Below, piece after piece: positions 1 through 10,091 of a DNA stretch of 64,000 nucleotides. This DNA comes from a virus. Lineage: Duplodnaviria > Caudoviricetes. The stretch spans positions 246,729 to 310,728 of the IMG/VR virus record IMGVR_UViG_3300033555_000001; one strand, written 5' to 3'. The notes beneath the pieces were generated by a model. That model did not search any database. It saw nothing but the letters and a program-made list of their open reading frames with translations, and had not been told where the DNA came from. Both the position numbers and the translations under genes were made by a program. Within the stretch, counting starts at the first letter, position 1, and every line of letters begins with the position of its first letter.

Positions 1-197
1 CAAATGCTGATTATTTGCTCAGCATAAAAGAGGGTGCGATTCCGGTAGAGCAAGTAAAAGATCTTTTAATCTACCTGGAAGAAGCGTCTACAGCAGCGCT
101 TGAAGCTTCTTCCCTGCCGGAAGTAACCCCAGCGCTGAGAAAAGAAGCCAGCTTAGTCTTGTTCGACTTTCTTGAACGCGAGTACCACGGCCGCTGA
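1..197 (+). CDS. 3' end of a gene truncated by the window edge, probably a phage nucleotidyltransferase (RlaP/PF10127-like C-terminus)
   Basis: Frame is open from the window start (NADYLLSIKEG...V...SSLP...FL). This resembles the LLxIKxG...SxLP C-terminal helical segment of that family. Confidence 0.45.
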   Translation, partial: NADYLLSIKEGAIPVEQVKDLLIYLEEASTAALEASSLPEVTPALRKEASLVLFDFLEREYHGR

Positions 198-620
198 GCT
201 CTTGGGTTTTACTTCAACACCTGCTGGAACACGTGAAGCCCGCCGTCTGCGCACACGGATTGGGGTGGTAAGGTCGTATTCAAACGATCGCCCAACCAAC
301 CGTGTCACGTACGCTAGGTCAAAAGTCTTATAAATTTTACGGACAGTATCTGTGAGACCCAGTCTTGAGAGTTCAAACGAGAGTGGGTACTCGTTATTTG
401 ATGTTTCCAGCCATTTCTCTGCGACTAAAATAAACGCGCTTAGATCAACACCCTCTTGCTGCGCATAATCCAGCACATAAGCCGTTATTGAATCCGCGCT
501 GATGTTATCAACAATAACAAGATACTTATCCCGTCTGTGTTCTAGCATGCTGAGCAAATGCAAGTTCCCACGATCCGACACGTGTTCGATAATCAGTGAG
601 GGTATTTTTTTCTTACTCAT
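153..620 (-). CDS. conserved phage hypothetical protein
   Basis: 155-aa ORF with a TAAATA box upstream on the minus strand (653-658). Confidence 0.7.
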   Translation of the reverse strand: MSKKKIPSLIIEHVSDRGNLHLLSMLEHRRDKYLVIVDNISADSITAYVLDYAQQEGVDLSAFILVAEKWLETSNNEYPLSFELSRLGLTDTVRKIYKTFDLAYVTRLVGRSFEYDLTTPIRVRRRRASRVPAGVEVKPKSSAAVVLAFKKVEQD

Positions 621-691
621 TCTATTCCTTGCAGCTTAGACGCTAGAATTGATATTTACTCGACCCGGCTGGCGTTACAAATTCAAAAACA

Positions 692-750
692 CCGTTACAA
701 TTTAACTTGTACACTTTCTCAGGATGAGTATATAATTCATCTATCAGCTT
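692..750 (+). promoter_or_regulatory. early promoter cassette (CCGTTACA...TTGTAC-N18-TATAAT)
   Basis: TTGTAC at 707-712 and TATAAT at 731-736; near-identical copy at 3307-3360. Confidence 0.75.
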
Positions 751-761
751 AAGGAACTAAC

Positions 762-1019
762 ATGAACTTTGAAGACTACAAAAATAATCTGCCATATCCA
801 TCTGACAGCACACCTGAATCGTTCATGCATCGCGTGGCATATGATGCTGAGGATTCTAGAATCGTGGCCAAATTTAAAGAAGATTTCTTTAACGAGCTTG
901 ACATTCAAAACAACCCTAAAAAAGAGCTCTTGTTTTTAACGTGCAATGACCGCGGGCACAGTGGCGGGTACCGCGGGATCATGAATTGCGGTTATGACTT
1001 TGTTGAGCTCATTAAGTAA
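762..1019 (+). CDS. hypothetical protein
   Basis: AAGGA RBS, directly downstream of the promoter cassette. Confidence 0.75.
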   Translation: MNFEDYKNNLPYPSDSTPESFMHRVAYDAEDSRIVAKFKEDFFNELDIQNNPKKELLFLTCNDRGHSGGYRGIMNCGYDFVELIK

Positions 1020-1040
1020 TTTTACAAGATTGGAGATAAC

Positions 1041-1328
1041 GTGGATAATATCAAACGTGCACGCGTTGAGAATGAAAACCAAATACCACACGCTCAACTA
1101 AACATTCCGAAGTTGAAACGTGTACTTGCTGACTGGATCAACGTAAATTCAGATACGATTGAAGTTGAAAACAAAGGTGACGACGTATATGTTTTTGGCT
1201 CTGAACTTGCTACTCTTAGACTGCTTAAGGGTTTCCGGTCAGACCTTCGATGTGGGCAGGGGTTTGGCATGGCACGCGGTAAATTCTACTTTAAACTTGA
1301 GATAGAATTGGCATTAGAACTTTGCTGA
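1041..1328 (+). CDS. hypothetical protein
   Basis: GGAG RBS, GTG start. Confidence 0.7.
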   Translation: MDNIKRARVENENQIPHAQLNIPKLKRVLADWINVNSDTIEVENKGDDVYVFGSELATLRLLKGFRSDLRCGQGFGMARGKFYFKLEIELALELC

Positions 1329-1341
1329 TTTTGAGGATACT

Positions 1342-1533
1342 ATGAACATTTTTAACTTTGGGCATCCCGCACAACACCTGGCTTTTTGGAATACCGAACA
1401 GTCAAAGATCGACGAGATGGCAGCCAAGTACGACGCCTTGGTTGGCGCAGATCCTGTCAAAAAGCGGCTATTAGATGACTTGCTTTTCTGGGCTCGTGCT
1501 GAAGCAATTAACGATGAACTGTATTCTGATTAA
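1342..1533 (+). CDS. hypothetical protein
   Basis: GAGG RBS. Confidence 0.65.
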   Translation: MNIFNFGHPAQHLAFWNTEQSKIDEMAAKYDALVGADPVKKRLLDDLLFWARAEAINDELYSD

Positions 1534-1537
1534 GCAG

Positions 1538-1610
1538 CCGTTACACTCTGTTACAATTTAAAATGTACATTTTCTCAGGTTCAGCATATAATTACTCATC
1601 GACTACAGAA
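1538..1610 (+). promoter_or_regulatory. early promoter cassette copy
   Basis: CCGTTACA...GTTACAATTT...ATGTAC...TATAAT(1587-1592)...CTCATCGACT. Confidence 0.7.
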
Positions 1611-1623
1611 TTGGAGAAATAAA

Positions 1624-2001
1624 ATGCTGACTAAATCAACAGTTCAAGAAATTCAAGCAGATCTTTCCGCAGCCCTGAAAGCAGTCGCAGAGAAACATAA
1701 CTTGTCGATGAGCGGTACAAAAATTTCTTACACCAGCACGGACTTTAAGTTAACATGCAGCTTTGGCGACAAGACCGCCACGGGCGGAGTTGAGGTTGAT
1801 CCGGTTTTATTTCGTAATTTGCAGCGCAACGGTTTTATGCACGGCCTTGATACTACCATGATTAACCGCGAAATCAGTACTCCACAGGGTGTTGGCACAA
1901 TGCAAGGCTTGCGCGGCGCAAAAGCAGTAATTAAGATCAAGAGCACCGGCAAGTCTTATTTGTTCCCAGCTGCTTGGGTAGCACGTGAGATGAACAAGTA
2001 A
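1624..2001 (+). CDS. hypothetical protein
   Basis: GGAG RBS, 125 aa. Confidence 0.75.
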   Translation: MLTKSTVQEIQADLSAALKAVAEKHNLSMSGTKISYTSTDFKLTCSFGDKTATGGVEVDPVLFRNLQRNGFMHGLDTTMINREISTPQGVGTMQGLRGAKAVIKIKSTGKSYLFPAAWVAREMNK

Positions 2002-2046
2002 ATTTATATCTTATAATCTGCACAACATTTTAATAAGGATTTTAAA

Positions 2047-2637
2047 ATGACTGACGCGACCGTGAAGCTGTTAACTCCAGCTCTTATTAAAAAAGTAGAG
2101 GCCAAGGTAGAGAGTGTGCTTGAGCTGGCTCGCAAAGAATATCCAACGCACACGTTTGAAATGCCGGAAATCAGGTACGACGTGAAGAACACAGATGGTG
2201 GTCTGGCTTATGGCAAGAAGTGGCTAATCAGGCTTAATCTGATCCTGTGTTATGAGAATGAGGAGCACTTCATTAACAGCACTGTGCCACACGAGGTCGC
2301 GCACCTGGTGGCACGCCGTGTGCACGGCTTCTTCCGTAAGAATCCAGACGGCACAGATCTTACTTGCCAAAAAACAGGTAAGCTTAAAAAAGTTCGATCA
2401 CATGGCCCTGAATGGGCAGAGGTTATGAAGCTGTTTAGCTTAGAGCCAGCCCGCTGCCACAGCTATGATGTCTCATCAATTCAGAAACCGGCTAGAAGCA
2501 AGCGCGGTGCCGTTGTTCAGGCAAATGATTTAGGGTTGATGCTGCGCAGATTGCAGAACGGTATCAAGCGCTTACCAGAAGTCGCCAAAGAAGATTTCCA
2601 AGGCTGGCTTGCAGAACATATTGCAACCAATCAGTAA
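2047..2637 (+). CDS. SprT-like zinc metalloprotease
   Basis: HEVAH (HExxH) followed by HGPEW, C-H-x-Y and IRLN, the pattern of the SprT family. Confidence 0.85.
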   Translation: MTDATVKLLTPALIKKVEAKVESVLELARKEYPTHTFEMPEIRYDVKNTDGGLAYGKKWLIRLNLILCYENEEHFINSTVPHEVAHLVARRVHGFFRKNPDGTDLTCQKTGKLKKVRSHGPEWAEVMKLFSLEPARCHSYDVSSIQKPARSKRGAVVQANDLGLMLRRLQNGIKRLPEVAKEDFQGWLAEHIATNQ

Positions 2638-2871
2638 CTAAAACAGGAGAACATGTGATGGGTGGAATTGGAGCAGTAGTTTGGATACTAGTTGGAGCTG
2701 TACAAATTGCACCATCGTCGGGATCTGTTGCACCAAGCGCACTGACATTTCTATCGCGCTCGGACTGTGAGGTGGTGCTGCGAGCAACAGTTGATGTAGC
2801 ACAATATTCTAAATTAAAGTGCGTTGAGACACGCACACGATAGCAGCATAGTATATAACCTGGAGATTGTA

Positions 2872-3306
2872 ATGATTAAGACAGTTATTGCTCTACTGAT
2901 TTTGTCTGGCTCGGTGCTTGGCAACATCTCTCACGCGGCTCCTGCCACCCCTGTTGCGCCAACTGTAGAGTTACTTGGTAGTGAAAAGGTAAATGCTAAT
3001 CTACAAAATCAAACGCTTAAGTGCACCAGCGTGATTGTGCAAAAGCTGATCACGGTTACCAAACAACCCGTGCTAAACATTGAAGTAACTATTACTGGAT
3101 TCTCTGACGTGCGAGAGTTTACAATCAGCGAAACAAAATTCACGCTTGACGGCTATCCTTCTTCAAGCGTCTGTGCCGCAACAGTTGAAGGTCCACAGCA
3201 GGCGCTCATTCAGCTGCAAGATGGTGCACACACGTGGACTGAAAAAGGTGGTTGGGTTTTCAAGCGTCAGGCACTACAGCGCCAGCGATCTAAACTTCAG
3301 ATGTAA
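2872..3306 (+). CDS. exported hypothetical protein
   Basis: GGAG RBS before ATG 2872; signal-peptide-like N-terminus. Confidence 0.65.
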   Translation: MIKTVIALLILSGSVLGNISHAAPATPVAPTVELLGSEKVNANLQNQTLKCTSVIVQKLITVTKQPVLNIEVTITGFSDVREFTISETKFTLDGYPSSSVCAATVEGPQQALIQLQDGAHTWTEKGGWVFKRQALQRQRSKLQM

Positions 3307-3365
3307 CCGTTACGCTTTAACTTGTACACTTTTCAGGATGAGTATATAATTCATCTATCGACTCT
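3307..3365 (+). promoter_or_regulatory. early promoter cassette copy
   Basis: Near-identical to 692-750; TTGTAC 3322-3327, TATAAT 3345-3350. Confidence 0.75.
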
Positions 3366-3376
3366 AGGAGAATAAC

Positions 3377-3652
3377 ATGACTTCAAAGCAAATCAAATTG
3401 CAGCTCGAGGCACTCGAGAACAATCATGCTATTATGCAAGATTTACTAGAGCAAATAGAAGCATTAAAGAGTCGTGTCCCAACCGCGGCACAACAGCTTA
3501 AAAATGCTGAAGATGCCAGAGACGCAAAACGCTATCGGATGATCAGAACTGACCGCCCGCAACACTACGCAGCCGTGCTAACAGATCGAGGCTACAAACA
3601 AATGAGCGGAAAGGCGCTAGACGAGGAAGTTGATAAAATGGTAATTTATTAA
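3377..3652 (+). CDS. hypothetical protein
   Basis: AGGAG RBS. Confidence 0.7.
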   Translation: MTSKQIKLQLEALENNHAIMQDLLEQIEALKSRVPTAAQQLKNAEDARDAKRYRMIRTDRPQHYAAVLTDRGYKQMSGKALDEEVDKMVIY

Positions 3653-3921
3653 CCGTTACACTCTTTTCTGCACTTTTTCAGGATTACAGGATATAATTAT
3701 CTTGTTGATCCTGACACCGCTAAGAAAGGTTAAAATGAACAAGCCCATAGTTTCTTATACTGGAAGTCTAGGAAGTTACGCACGAGTGCGGCAGCTTGCC
3801 TCGGCACCAATTCCATTGTGGGCACAGGATATTCGCCGCGAAGATCCAACGCTAGAAGAAATGCAGCTTGTTAAAAACCAAGAAGCCGCGGACCTGGCGC
3901 TCCGCTCGTCATTTGATTTGA

Positions 3922-4191
3922 GTGCTTACGTTTAAGGCTAATATGAAATTCCATAACATTATGTGGATGGGTTGCCTCTACGCTGGTTATAAAATGTTCG
4001 CCGAGGGCTCGGATGGAGAGTGGCTCTTGTGCATGGGATTATTTTTCCTGTTTATGGTTATTGGCATGTTTGCTAACATGTCGTACGATGACAAAATGAA
4101 TAAAGACAATCCTGACTGGATTACTTGGCCTCGTGCGCTTGGGATTTACTTTTTATTCAGAATTGTTCTCTGGCCCTTTACTCGCAAGTAA
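3922..4191 (+). CDS. small membrane protein
   Basis: Three hydrophobic segments. Confidence 0.6.
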   Translation: MLTFKANMKFHNIMWMGCLYAGYKMFAEGSDGEWLLCMGLFFLFMVIGMFANMSYDDKMNKDNPDWITWPRALGIYFLFRIVLWPFTRK

Positions 4192-4209
4192 CCGTTAAGA
4201 GAAAATAAA

Positions 4210-4554
4210 ATGATGAACCCAAAAATTAAAGCTCTGTGGGTAGCCGCACTCAGGAGCGGTGATTACAAGCAGGCTACTCAAGAACTTCGCCGTGGAAATG
4301 CGTTCTGTTGTCTAGGAGTGCTGTGTAATTTGCACGCCATTGCTCATCCGAAAATCGCTATATTAGAAACAAGCCGGGCACAATATCTCGGTAATAACAG
4401 TATATTACACGACTCAGTTATGGCCTGGGCTGGCTTGACCTGGGATATAGGTGATGAGGTAATCATTGATGGTTCATCTAGAGCATTAGCTGGACATAAT
4501 GATATTGGTAAAACCTTCAAGCAAATTGCAGCCGCAATTGAGGAACAACTATGA
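4210..4554 (+). CDS. phage protein, paralog 1 of 3 (ALRSGxYKQ...CCLGVLC family)
   Basis: Shares WVAALRS, FCCLGVLCNLHAIAHP, HND and AIEEQL with the next two ORFs. Confidence 0.85.
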   Translation: MMNPKIKALWVAALRSGDYKQATQELRRGNAFCCLGVLCNLHAIAHPKIAILETSRAQYLGNNSILHDSVMAWAGLTWDIGDEVIIDGSSRALAGHNDIGKTFKQIAAAIEEQL

Positions 4555-4892
4555 ACCCAGAAATTAAAGCTCAGTGGGTTGCCGCTCTTCGCAGTAAAGA
4601 CTATAAGCAGACTACTCAGCAACTGCGCCGTGGAAATAAATTCTGCTGTTTAGGCGTGCTGTGTAACTTGCACGCTATCGCTCATCCAGAAATTGCGGCA
4701 AAAGAAACTGACCCAAGATCGTACTTTCACAGTGATGACGTACTGCCAAAACAAGTTATGAAGTGGGCCGGTTTAAAGTTTGCATATGGCGGCGCAGTAA
4801 CGATCAACGGTGAAGTTGACACACTTGACTCTCACAACGACAATGGTGTGTCCTTTAACGTGATAGCAACAGCAATTGAGGAACAGCTGTGA
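4551..4892 (+). CDS. phage protein, paralog 2 of 3
   Basis: Tandem paralog with overlapping stop/start. Confidence 0.85.
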   Translation: MNPEIKAQWVAALRSKDYKQTTQQLRRGNKFCCLGVLCNLHAIAHPEIAAKETDPRSYFHSDDVLPKQVMKWAGLKFAYGGAVTINGEVDTLDSHNDNGVSFNVIATAIEEQL

Positions 4893-5230
4893 ATCCAGAA
4901 ATTAAAGCGAAGTGGGTTGCTGCCCTTAGAAGCGGTGATTACAAGCAAGGTCATTTTCAGCTGCGAAAGAACAATGAGTTTTGTTGCCTAGGAGTGCTGT
5001 GTAACTTGCACGCCATTGCTCATCCAGAAATTGCGGCAAAAGAAACTGACCCAAGGAGTTATATGGGGTGTGATGGCTTTTTGCCAGCAGCGGTAACAAA
5101 GTGGGCAGGACGTGACACAGGCAGCGAAAAAATCACCATTGACGGCCACGAGGCACAGCTGGTAACTCACAACGATACCTTTAAACACACGTTTGATCAA
5201 ATTGCTGATGCAATTGAGGAACAGCTTTAA
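4889..5230 (+). CDS. phage protein, paralog 3 of 3
   Basis: Tandem paralog with overlapping stop/start (GTGA). Confidence 0.85.
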   Translation: MNPEIKAKWVAALRSGDYKQGHFQLRKNNEFCCLGVLCNLHAIAHPEIAAKETDPRSYMGCDGFLPAAVTKWAGRDTGSEKITIDGHEAQLVTHNDTFKHTFDQIADAIEEQL

Positions 5231-5380
5231 TGGGCATACCTCTTGTAAAGTTTGCTCTTGAAGCTGAGCAAATCAGCGTACTTAAGGCATAACTTTAGTC
5301 CGCCGTTAAATTGTAACGGTGGTGTACATTCCCGGCAGGGGTGTGATAAAATGTCTCTATTGAATTAACGAAAGAGAAAC

Positions 5381-6745
5381 ATGACCGCAGCCTTTGTTCG
5401 AGTTCTAAAAGAATGTGAATCTGCGGGAGGGGCCGGCTCCAAGGATGTTATTAAGCAATCTTTGATAACACTTGATGAAGATGGTCGTAAACTCTTTGAA
5501 TATGCGATGGATCCTTTCCTGGTATTTGGTGTCAAGAAATTTGACGAGCCCCAGCACTTTGCGGACACAGACGCCTGCACAGACCGGTTCTTAGAATTAC
5601 TAGACTTGCTTGCGGCTCGCAAAATTACCGGCAACGCGGCCAGAGAGTGGGTAACCAACATTCTTTCGCAGTACACAGAAGACACAGCAAAATATCTCTC
5701 TAGAGTTATTGACAAAGACCTGCAAGCTGGATTCTCGCTGGAAACTTTTAATAAAATTGCCGCAAAAGAAGGTTGGTCGCTTATTCGCGATTTTACCGTG
5801 CAACTCGCGGACAAGTGCGCCGATGCTGATGAGTTCGAGCGCTACATTACTTTTCCATGTCAAGCAGATGTAAAATATGATGGTGAGAGAAATATTGCCT
5901 TTCAGCTCCTGGAAGAATCTAACTTTGCACCGGCTGGTTCCTCATATCGTTCACGCTCTGGTAAAATTGCCGCGCACATGAATGGTTTGTTTGATGAAGA
6001 GCTTGCACGAATCAGGGAATACCTGGGCTATGATTTTGTCCTTGATGGTGAGCGTATGGCAAAGGACTATATTGAAACCATTAACGCTAAAAAGTCCGGT
6101 GCTGAAGGAGAAGCTGGAAAAGCCAACATGCGATTCCGTGCATTCTTCCTAATGCCACTTGCCGATTGGATTGCGCAGAAAACTGAAATCACAACCCGCC
6201 AAAATCGAGAAGCACTGCAAGAAATTCTGGCCGCGTGTAAATGCGAAAAGATTATTTTATCAGAGGGCCGGGAAGTTACAGACTATGCTGATATGATTGC
6301 GCACTGCGATGAAGTCACGGCGCCTGGATTTGATAATCAACCTAAAGGACACGAGGGTTTGATCTTGAAAGACTGGAATAGCACGTACGAGTGGGATCGC
6401 TCGCATGCCTGGACAAAAGTTAAAAAGTTTTACGACGCAGACGCTCGCATCTTAAGCTGGGAGCTTGGTAAAAAGCGTAACGCTGCACGCATGGGCCGGG
6501 TAAACGTGGGTGGCTGGCTGGAAGATGGCACGTATTTTGAGTGCGGCGTTGGCAGTGGTTGGGGTGATAAAGATCGTGATGATTGCGCCGCTAACTTTGA
6601 CGAGAAGTGGTTAGGCAAGACGGTTGTTGTAAAGTATCAAGAGGTTTCTAAGGGCAAAAATAAAGATCATGCCTCGCTGCGCTTTCCAACTGTTGATCAG
6701 GCTAAGTTGTTCCGTGACGACAAAATTGTTCCACTGAAAGATTAA
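5381..6745 (+). CDS. lig: ATP-dependent DNA ligase
   Basis: Motif I KYDGER, motif III LDGE, motif IV EGLILK, motif V WTKVK, C-terminal OB fold with LRFP. Confidence 0.93.
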   Translation: MTAAFVRVLKECESAGGAGSKDVIKQSLITLDEDGRKLFEYAMDPFLVFGVKKFDEPQHFADTDACTDRFLELLDLLAARKITGNAAREWVTNILSQYTEDTAKYLSRVIDKDLQAGFSLETFNKIAAKEGWSLIRDFTVQLADKCADADEFERYITFPCQADVKYDGERNIAFQLLEESNFAPAGSSYRSRSGKIAAHMNGLFDEELARIREYLGYDFVLDGERMAKDYIETINAKKSGAEGEAGKANMRFRAFFLMPLADWIAQKTEITTRQNREALQEILAACKCEKIILSEGREVTDYADMIAHCDEVTAPGFDNQPKGHEGLILKDWNSTYEWDRSHAWTKVKKFYDADARILSWELGKKRNAARMGRVNVGGWLEDGTYFECGVGSGWGDKDRDDCAANFDEKWLGKTVVVKYQEVSKGKNKDHASLRFPTVDQAKLFRDDKIVPLKD

Positions 6746-6747
6746 CC

Positions 6748-7248
6748 GTGAATCTGTTCAAGCTCTATGCTAATCCTGAAGAGCTTGACAGTTATGAAGA
6801 GGCGCATGAGCTTGTCCCACTTTTAATGTGGGAAAAATACTGGCACAATCCAGCCGAACTAAAAAAGAGAGAACACGTAATCACAAAAGATGCAAATGTG
6901 TCTTATATGTACGCGCGGTTCATTATAGGCGAAAGATTTGAAGCTGCTGAAGCCATGATTGCAACGTGCGCGGCCTCGGCTTATGAATATGCTTTCTTTG
7001 TTTTAGAGTCAAGATTTGAAGCAGGTGAAGCTGCAATTGCTACCTCAACTAGCTATGCTTATGGATATGCAAAATACGTTTTAAAAGCAAGATTTGAAGC
7101 CGGTGAAGCCGCAATTGCAAAGCATTGCCCAACCTCTTATTGTTATGCAACTAAGATTATTAAAACTCGTTTCCCCGCTGGTGAAGTCGTAATCGCTAAA
7201 GATCAGCGGTTGTCGCAAAAGTATAATGATTTTATTGCACAGTTATAA
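6748..7248 (+). CDS. 26-aa repeat protein (diverged paralog of the 8932-12013 array)
   Basis: MNLFKLYANPEELD N-terminus and RFEAGEAAIA repeats. Confidence 0.85.
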   Translation: MNLFKLYANPEELDSYEEAHELVPLLMWEKYWHNPAELKKREHVITKDANVSYMYARFIIGERFEAAEAMIATCAASAYEYAFFVLESRFEAGEAAIATSTSYAYGYAKYVLKARFEAGEAAIAKHCPTSYCYATKIIKTRFPAGEVVIAKDQRLSQKYNDFIAQL

Positions 7249-7264
7249 TATGAAAGATAGACAA

Positions 7265-7738
7265 ATGAAAAACAAATCGCCGTGGATCTCTACGGCAGAC
7301 AGGCTGCCCGAAATTAATACACCCGTGCTCTTTGTGCACTCTGGCACAATATACGATGGTGTAGTCTGGTGGTATAAAGATAAGAATATAGTGAGTTATG
7401 TTTTTGCTGTGGGCACAGCTCAAGGTGGTGACCAACTCTTTCAAGCAGCAGAGGTCCAGCACTGGATGCCACGCCCAGTAATTCCAGTTCAAACTGAACG
7501 CTTGCTGCACAGCGAAATGATTGTCAGTACACCTCATTTATCAAAAATACTCAAGCTGTTTAAGAAAAAGAATCATCAGTCTGCAGGGTACTCTTTTGAG
7601 TTCGAAGACTGTGGCACAATTAAAGAGGCCTGCAAAGCAAGGCCGGACTTAGTGCCTGATGGATATGAAGATCAGCATGAACTAAACGTTAGCGGTGGTG
7701 TGCTCCAGGTGTACCGTGACTGTCTGATTAAACCCTAA
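7265..7738 (+). CDS. DUF551-like domain protein
   Basis: WIS..DRLP...V.HWMP pattern in the N-terminal half. Confidence 0.6.
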   Translation: MKNKSPWISTADRLPEINTPVLFVHSGTIYDGVVWWYKDKNIVSYVFAVGTAQGGDQLFQAAEVQHWMPRPVIPVQTERLLHSEMIVSTPHLSKILKLFKKKNHQSAGYSFEFEDCGTIKEACKARPDLVPDGYEDQHELNVSGGVLQVYRDCLIKP

Positions 7739-7890
7739 TAGCGCCCATTAATCAAGCCTAATAAATTTAACCGGGCCACCCGAGCCCTCCCGCATCTATA
7801 TAACCCGCTGGTCCCAAGAACAAAACGATTTAGAACTAAAGAATCAATCCCGGCTATTTGTAAATAAGAGGTGAACAAAAAGAGCCAATC

Positions 7891-8064
7891 ATGAAGCTGT
7901 ACGATTTTTCAGTCCATGCAAAAAGACGAGACGCTAACCAGTCTGCGGAGCGTGTCTGCGCACTGCGCACTAAGTTAAACGAACCTGGAGCGGTAATTGA
8001 ACTTAAAGCACGTGTGCAGTGCTGGCTTGTGCTGCACGAAGAAATACTTAAGATGGCCTCTTAA
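7891..8064 (+). CDS. small putative late protein (MKLYDFSVHAK..., 57 aa)
   Basis: TAAATA at 7861-7866, then an ORF below the track cut-off. Confidence 0.45.
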   Translation: MKLYDFSVHAKRRDANQSAERVCALRTKLNEPGAVIELKARVQCWLVLHEEILKMAS

Positions 8065-8132
8065 CCCGAAGAACTGCTCTGCACTATCATAAAAAGATTT
8101 AAAATATAGTAACTCTTCTTGAAAGACTTACT

Positions 8133-8948
8133 ATGCTGATGCGCATTGCCTCTGACCTGCACCTCGAACAATGGGCCGACATGGATGTTGCCGCCCTTGA
8201 GATTAATCACCTTCCAAAAGACGACAGGGATCTGGGCTCAGTTCTTGTGCTAGCAGGCGATATCTCTTCTTCTCCTACACAGCTCGTTGCTTTCATTAAA
8301 CAAGTTGAACAGCGGTTCAAGCACGTAATCTATCTCGCCGGGAATCATGAGTGGTACCGCCATGAGGTAACCGCCGTAGTTCCTTATACTGAAAGCCTGT
8401 TTAAAGAATATACGGTTAACACCTCACGGGAATTGGGCGGTGTTGGTGTCAAGATTATTGAAGGCACCAAATTTATCTTTGGCACGCTGTGGGCCGATGG
8501 TGGCAGTACTGCTTTTGACCGCATGGCCGTTGAGCGCGGGCTGTGGGACTTTAATATCATCCGAGTAAATGGCTTGCGCTTTACTGTGGCGCGCATGCAG
8601 GCAATTCACAAGGCTCAAAAAGCACAAATTATTGCTGCTCTTAAAGAACCGTTTGACGGTGTTACTGTTGTTGCAACTCACCACATGCCATCTTATCGGT
8701 TGTGCCATCCTCGCTTTGGCACTGACATTAACGGCGGGTTTGCATCGAACTGTGAGGATATTCTGGCATATGATATGGCACCGGACTTCTGGGTTTTTGG
8801 CCATACGCACGATGTGATTGATACTAAGATCTTTAACACACGGTGTATTTCTAACCCGTCTGGTTATCGCAATGAAAAAGATACGTGTTACAACGATTAC
8901 TGTATGGGTCCAAAGTTTTTTGAGCTAGAAACTACTTCAGTGACTTAA
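8133..8948 (+). CDS. calcineurin-like metallophosphoesterase
   Basis: SDLH, AGD, GNHE, THH and GHTH motifs. Confidence 0.92.
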   Translation: MLMRIASDLHLEQWADMDVAALEINHLPKDDRDLGSVLVLAGDISSSPTQLVAFIKQVEQRFKHVIYLAGNHEWYRHEVTAVVPYTESLFKEYTVNTSRELGGVGVKIIEGTKFIFGTLWADGGSTAFDRMAVERGLWDFNIIRVNGLRFTVARMQAIHKAQKAQIIAALKEPFDGVTVVATHHMPSYRLCHPRFGTDINGGFASNCEDILAYDMAPDFWVFGHTHDVIDTKIFNTRCISNPSGYRNEKDTCYNDYCMGPKFFELETTSVT

Positions 8949-9513
8949 TAAAATTATTGTATTCCTCGGCATACTCTTGTGACTTAGCAATTGCCGCTTC
9001 ACCTGCAGGAAACCTTCCCTTGAGCACGTACATTGCGTAAGATAAGGAAGAGTCCGCGTCAGCAGCTATTGCCGCCTCGCCTGCAGGAAACCTGCCTTCA
9101 ATCGCGTACTCCGCGTAATTTAAGGATTCGTTCGGGTCAGCAGCTATTGCCGCTTCACCCGCTGGAAACCTGCCATCAAGTACACTCACCGCATAAAAAC
9201 CGGCCCATTCTGCACTCTTAGCTATTGCTGCCTCACCAGCTGGAAATCTGCCTTTGAGCACGTTACCTGCATAATTACATGACCGTCCTGCACTCTTAGC
9301 TATTGCCGCTTCACCAGCAGGAAACCTGCCTTCAAGCACGCGGCTTGCATAATAGTAAGCTGTATTAGCATCTTTAGCAAACAGTGCTTCTCTCTTTTTT
9401 AATTCCTCTTTATCGTCTTCATATTTCTTCCAAACAATAGAAGGAACATGATCCTGTGCATGGTCATAGTGATCAAGAGATGTTGGCTTTGAATGTAGGT
9501 TGTACAGGTTCAT
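8932..9513 (-). CDS. 26-aa repeat protein (5 GRFPAGEAAIA units)
   Basis: Repeat visible in protein and DNA (78-bp period). Confidence 0.9.
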   Translation of the reverse strand: MNLYNLHSKPTSLDHYDHAQDHVPSIVWKKYEDDKEELKKREALFAKDANTAYYYASRVLEGRFPAGEAAIAKSAGRSCNYAGNVLKGRFPAGEAAIAKSAEWAGFYAVSVLDGRFPAGEAAIAADPNESLNYAEYAIEGRFPAGEAAIAADADSSLSYAMYVLKGRFPAGEAAIAKSQEYAEEYNNFIKSLK

Positions 9514-10091
9514 TTTAGTTTCTTAACGAAATCATTGTATTTCTCGGCATACTCTTGTGACTTAGCTATTGTCTTCTCACCCGCTGGAAACCTGCCTTTC
9601 AGCACGTACATTGCGTAAGTTAAGGAAGCTTCTGCACTAGTAGCAATTGCCGCTTCGCCTGCAGGAAACCTGCCCTCAAGTATATGCGCCGCATATTGAT
9701 ACGACCTGTTTGCACTAGTAGCAATTGCTGCTTCACCTGCCGGAAACCTGCCTTCAAGCACGTGACTTGCATATTGATACGACCATTCTACATTAGTAGC
9801 AATTGCCGCTTCTCCAGCTGGGAACCTGCCTTGTGTAACATACTGTGCGTACATAAATGCGTATTCAGGGTCTTTAGCAATTGCAGCTTCGCCCGCAGGA
9901 AATCTACCTTCAAGCGCGTCGTATGCGTAATAGTAAGCAGTTTTAGCATCTTTAGCAAGAATAGCTTCTCTCTTTTTTAATTCAGCTGGCTTATTTTTAT
10001 ATTTCTTCCATACCAAATACGGAACATGATCAGCTGCCACATCATGGTGATCAAGGGATTCAGGTTTTGCGTGAAGTTTATAGAGGTTCAT
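9510..10091 (-). CDS. 26-aa repeat protein (5 units)
   Basis: Same repeat; 4-nt stop/start overlap. Confidence 0.9.
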   Translation of the reverse strand: MNLYKLHAKPESLDHHDVAADHVPYLVWKKYKNKPAELKKREAILAKDAKTAYYYAYDALEGRFPAGEAAIAKDPEYAFMYAQYVTQGRFPAGEAAIATNVEWSYQYASHVLEGRFPAGEAAIATSANRSYQYAAHILEGRFPAGEAAIATSAEASLTYAMYVLKGRFPAGEKTIAKSQEYAEKYNDFVKKLK

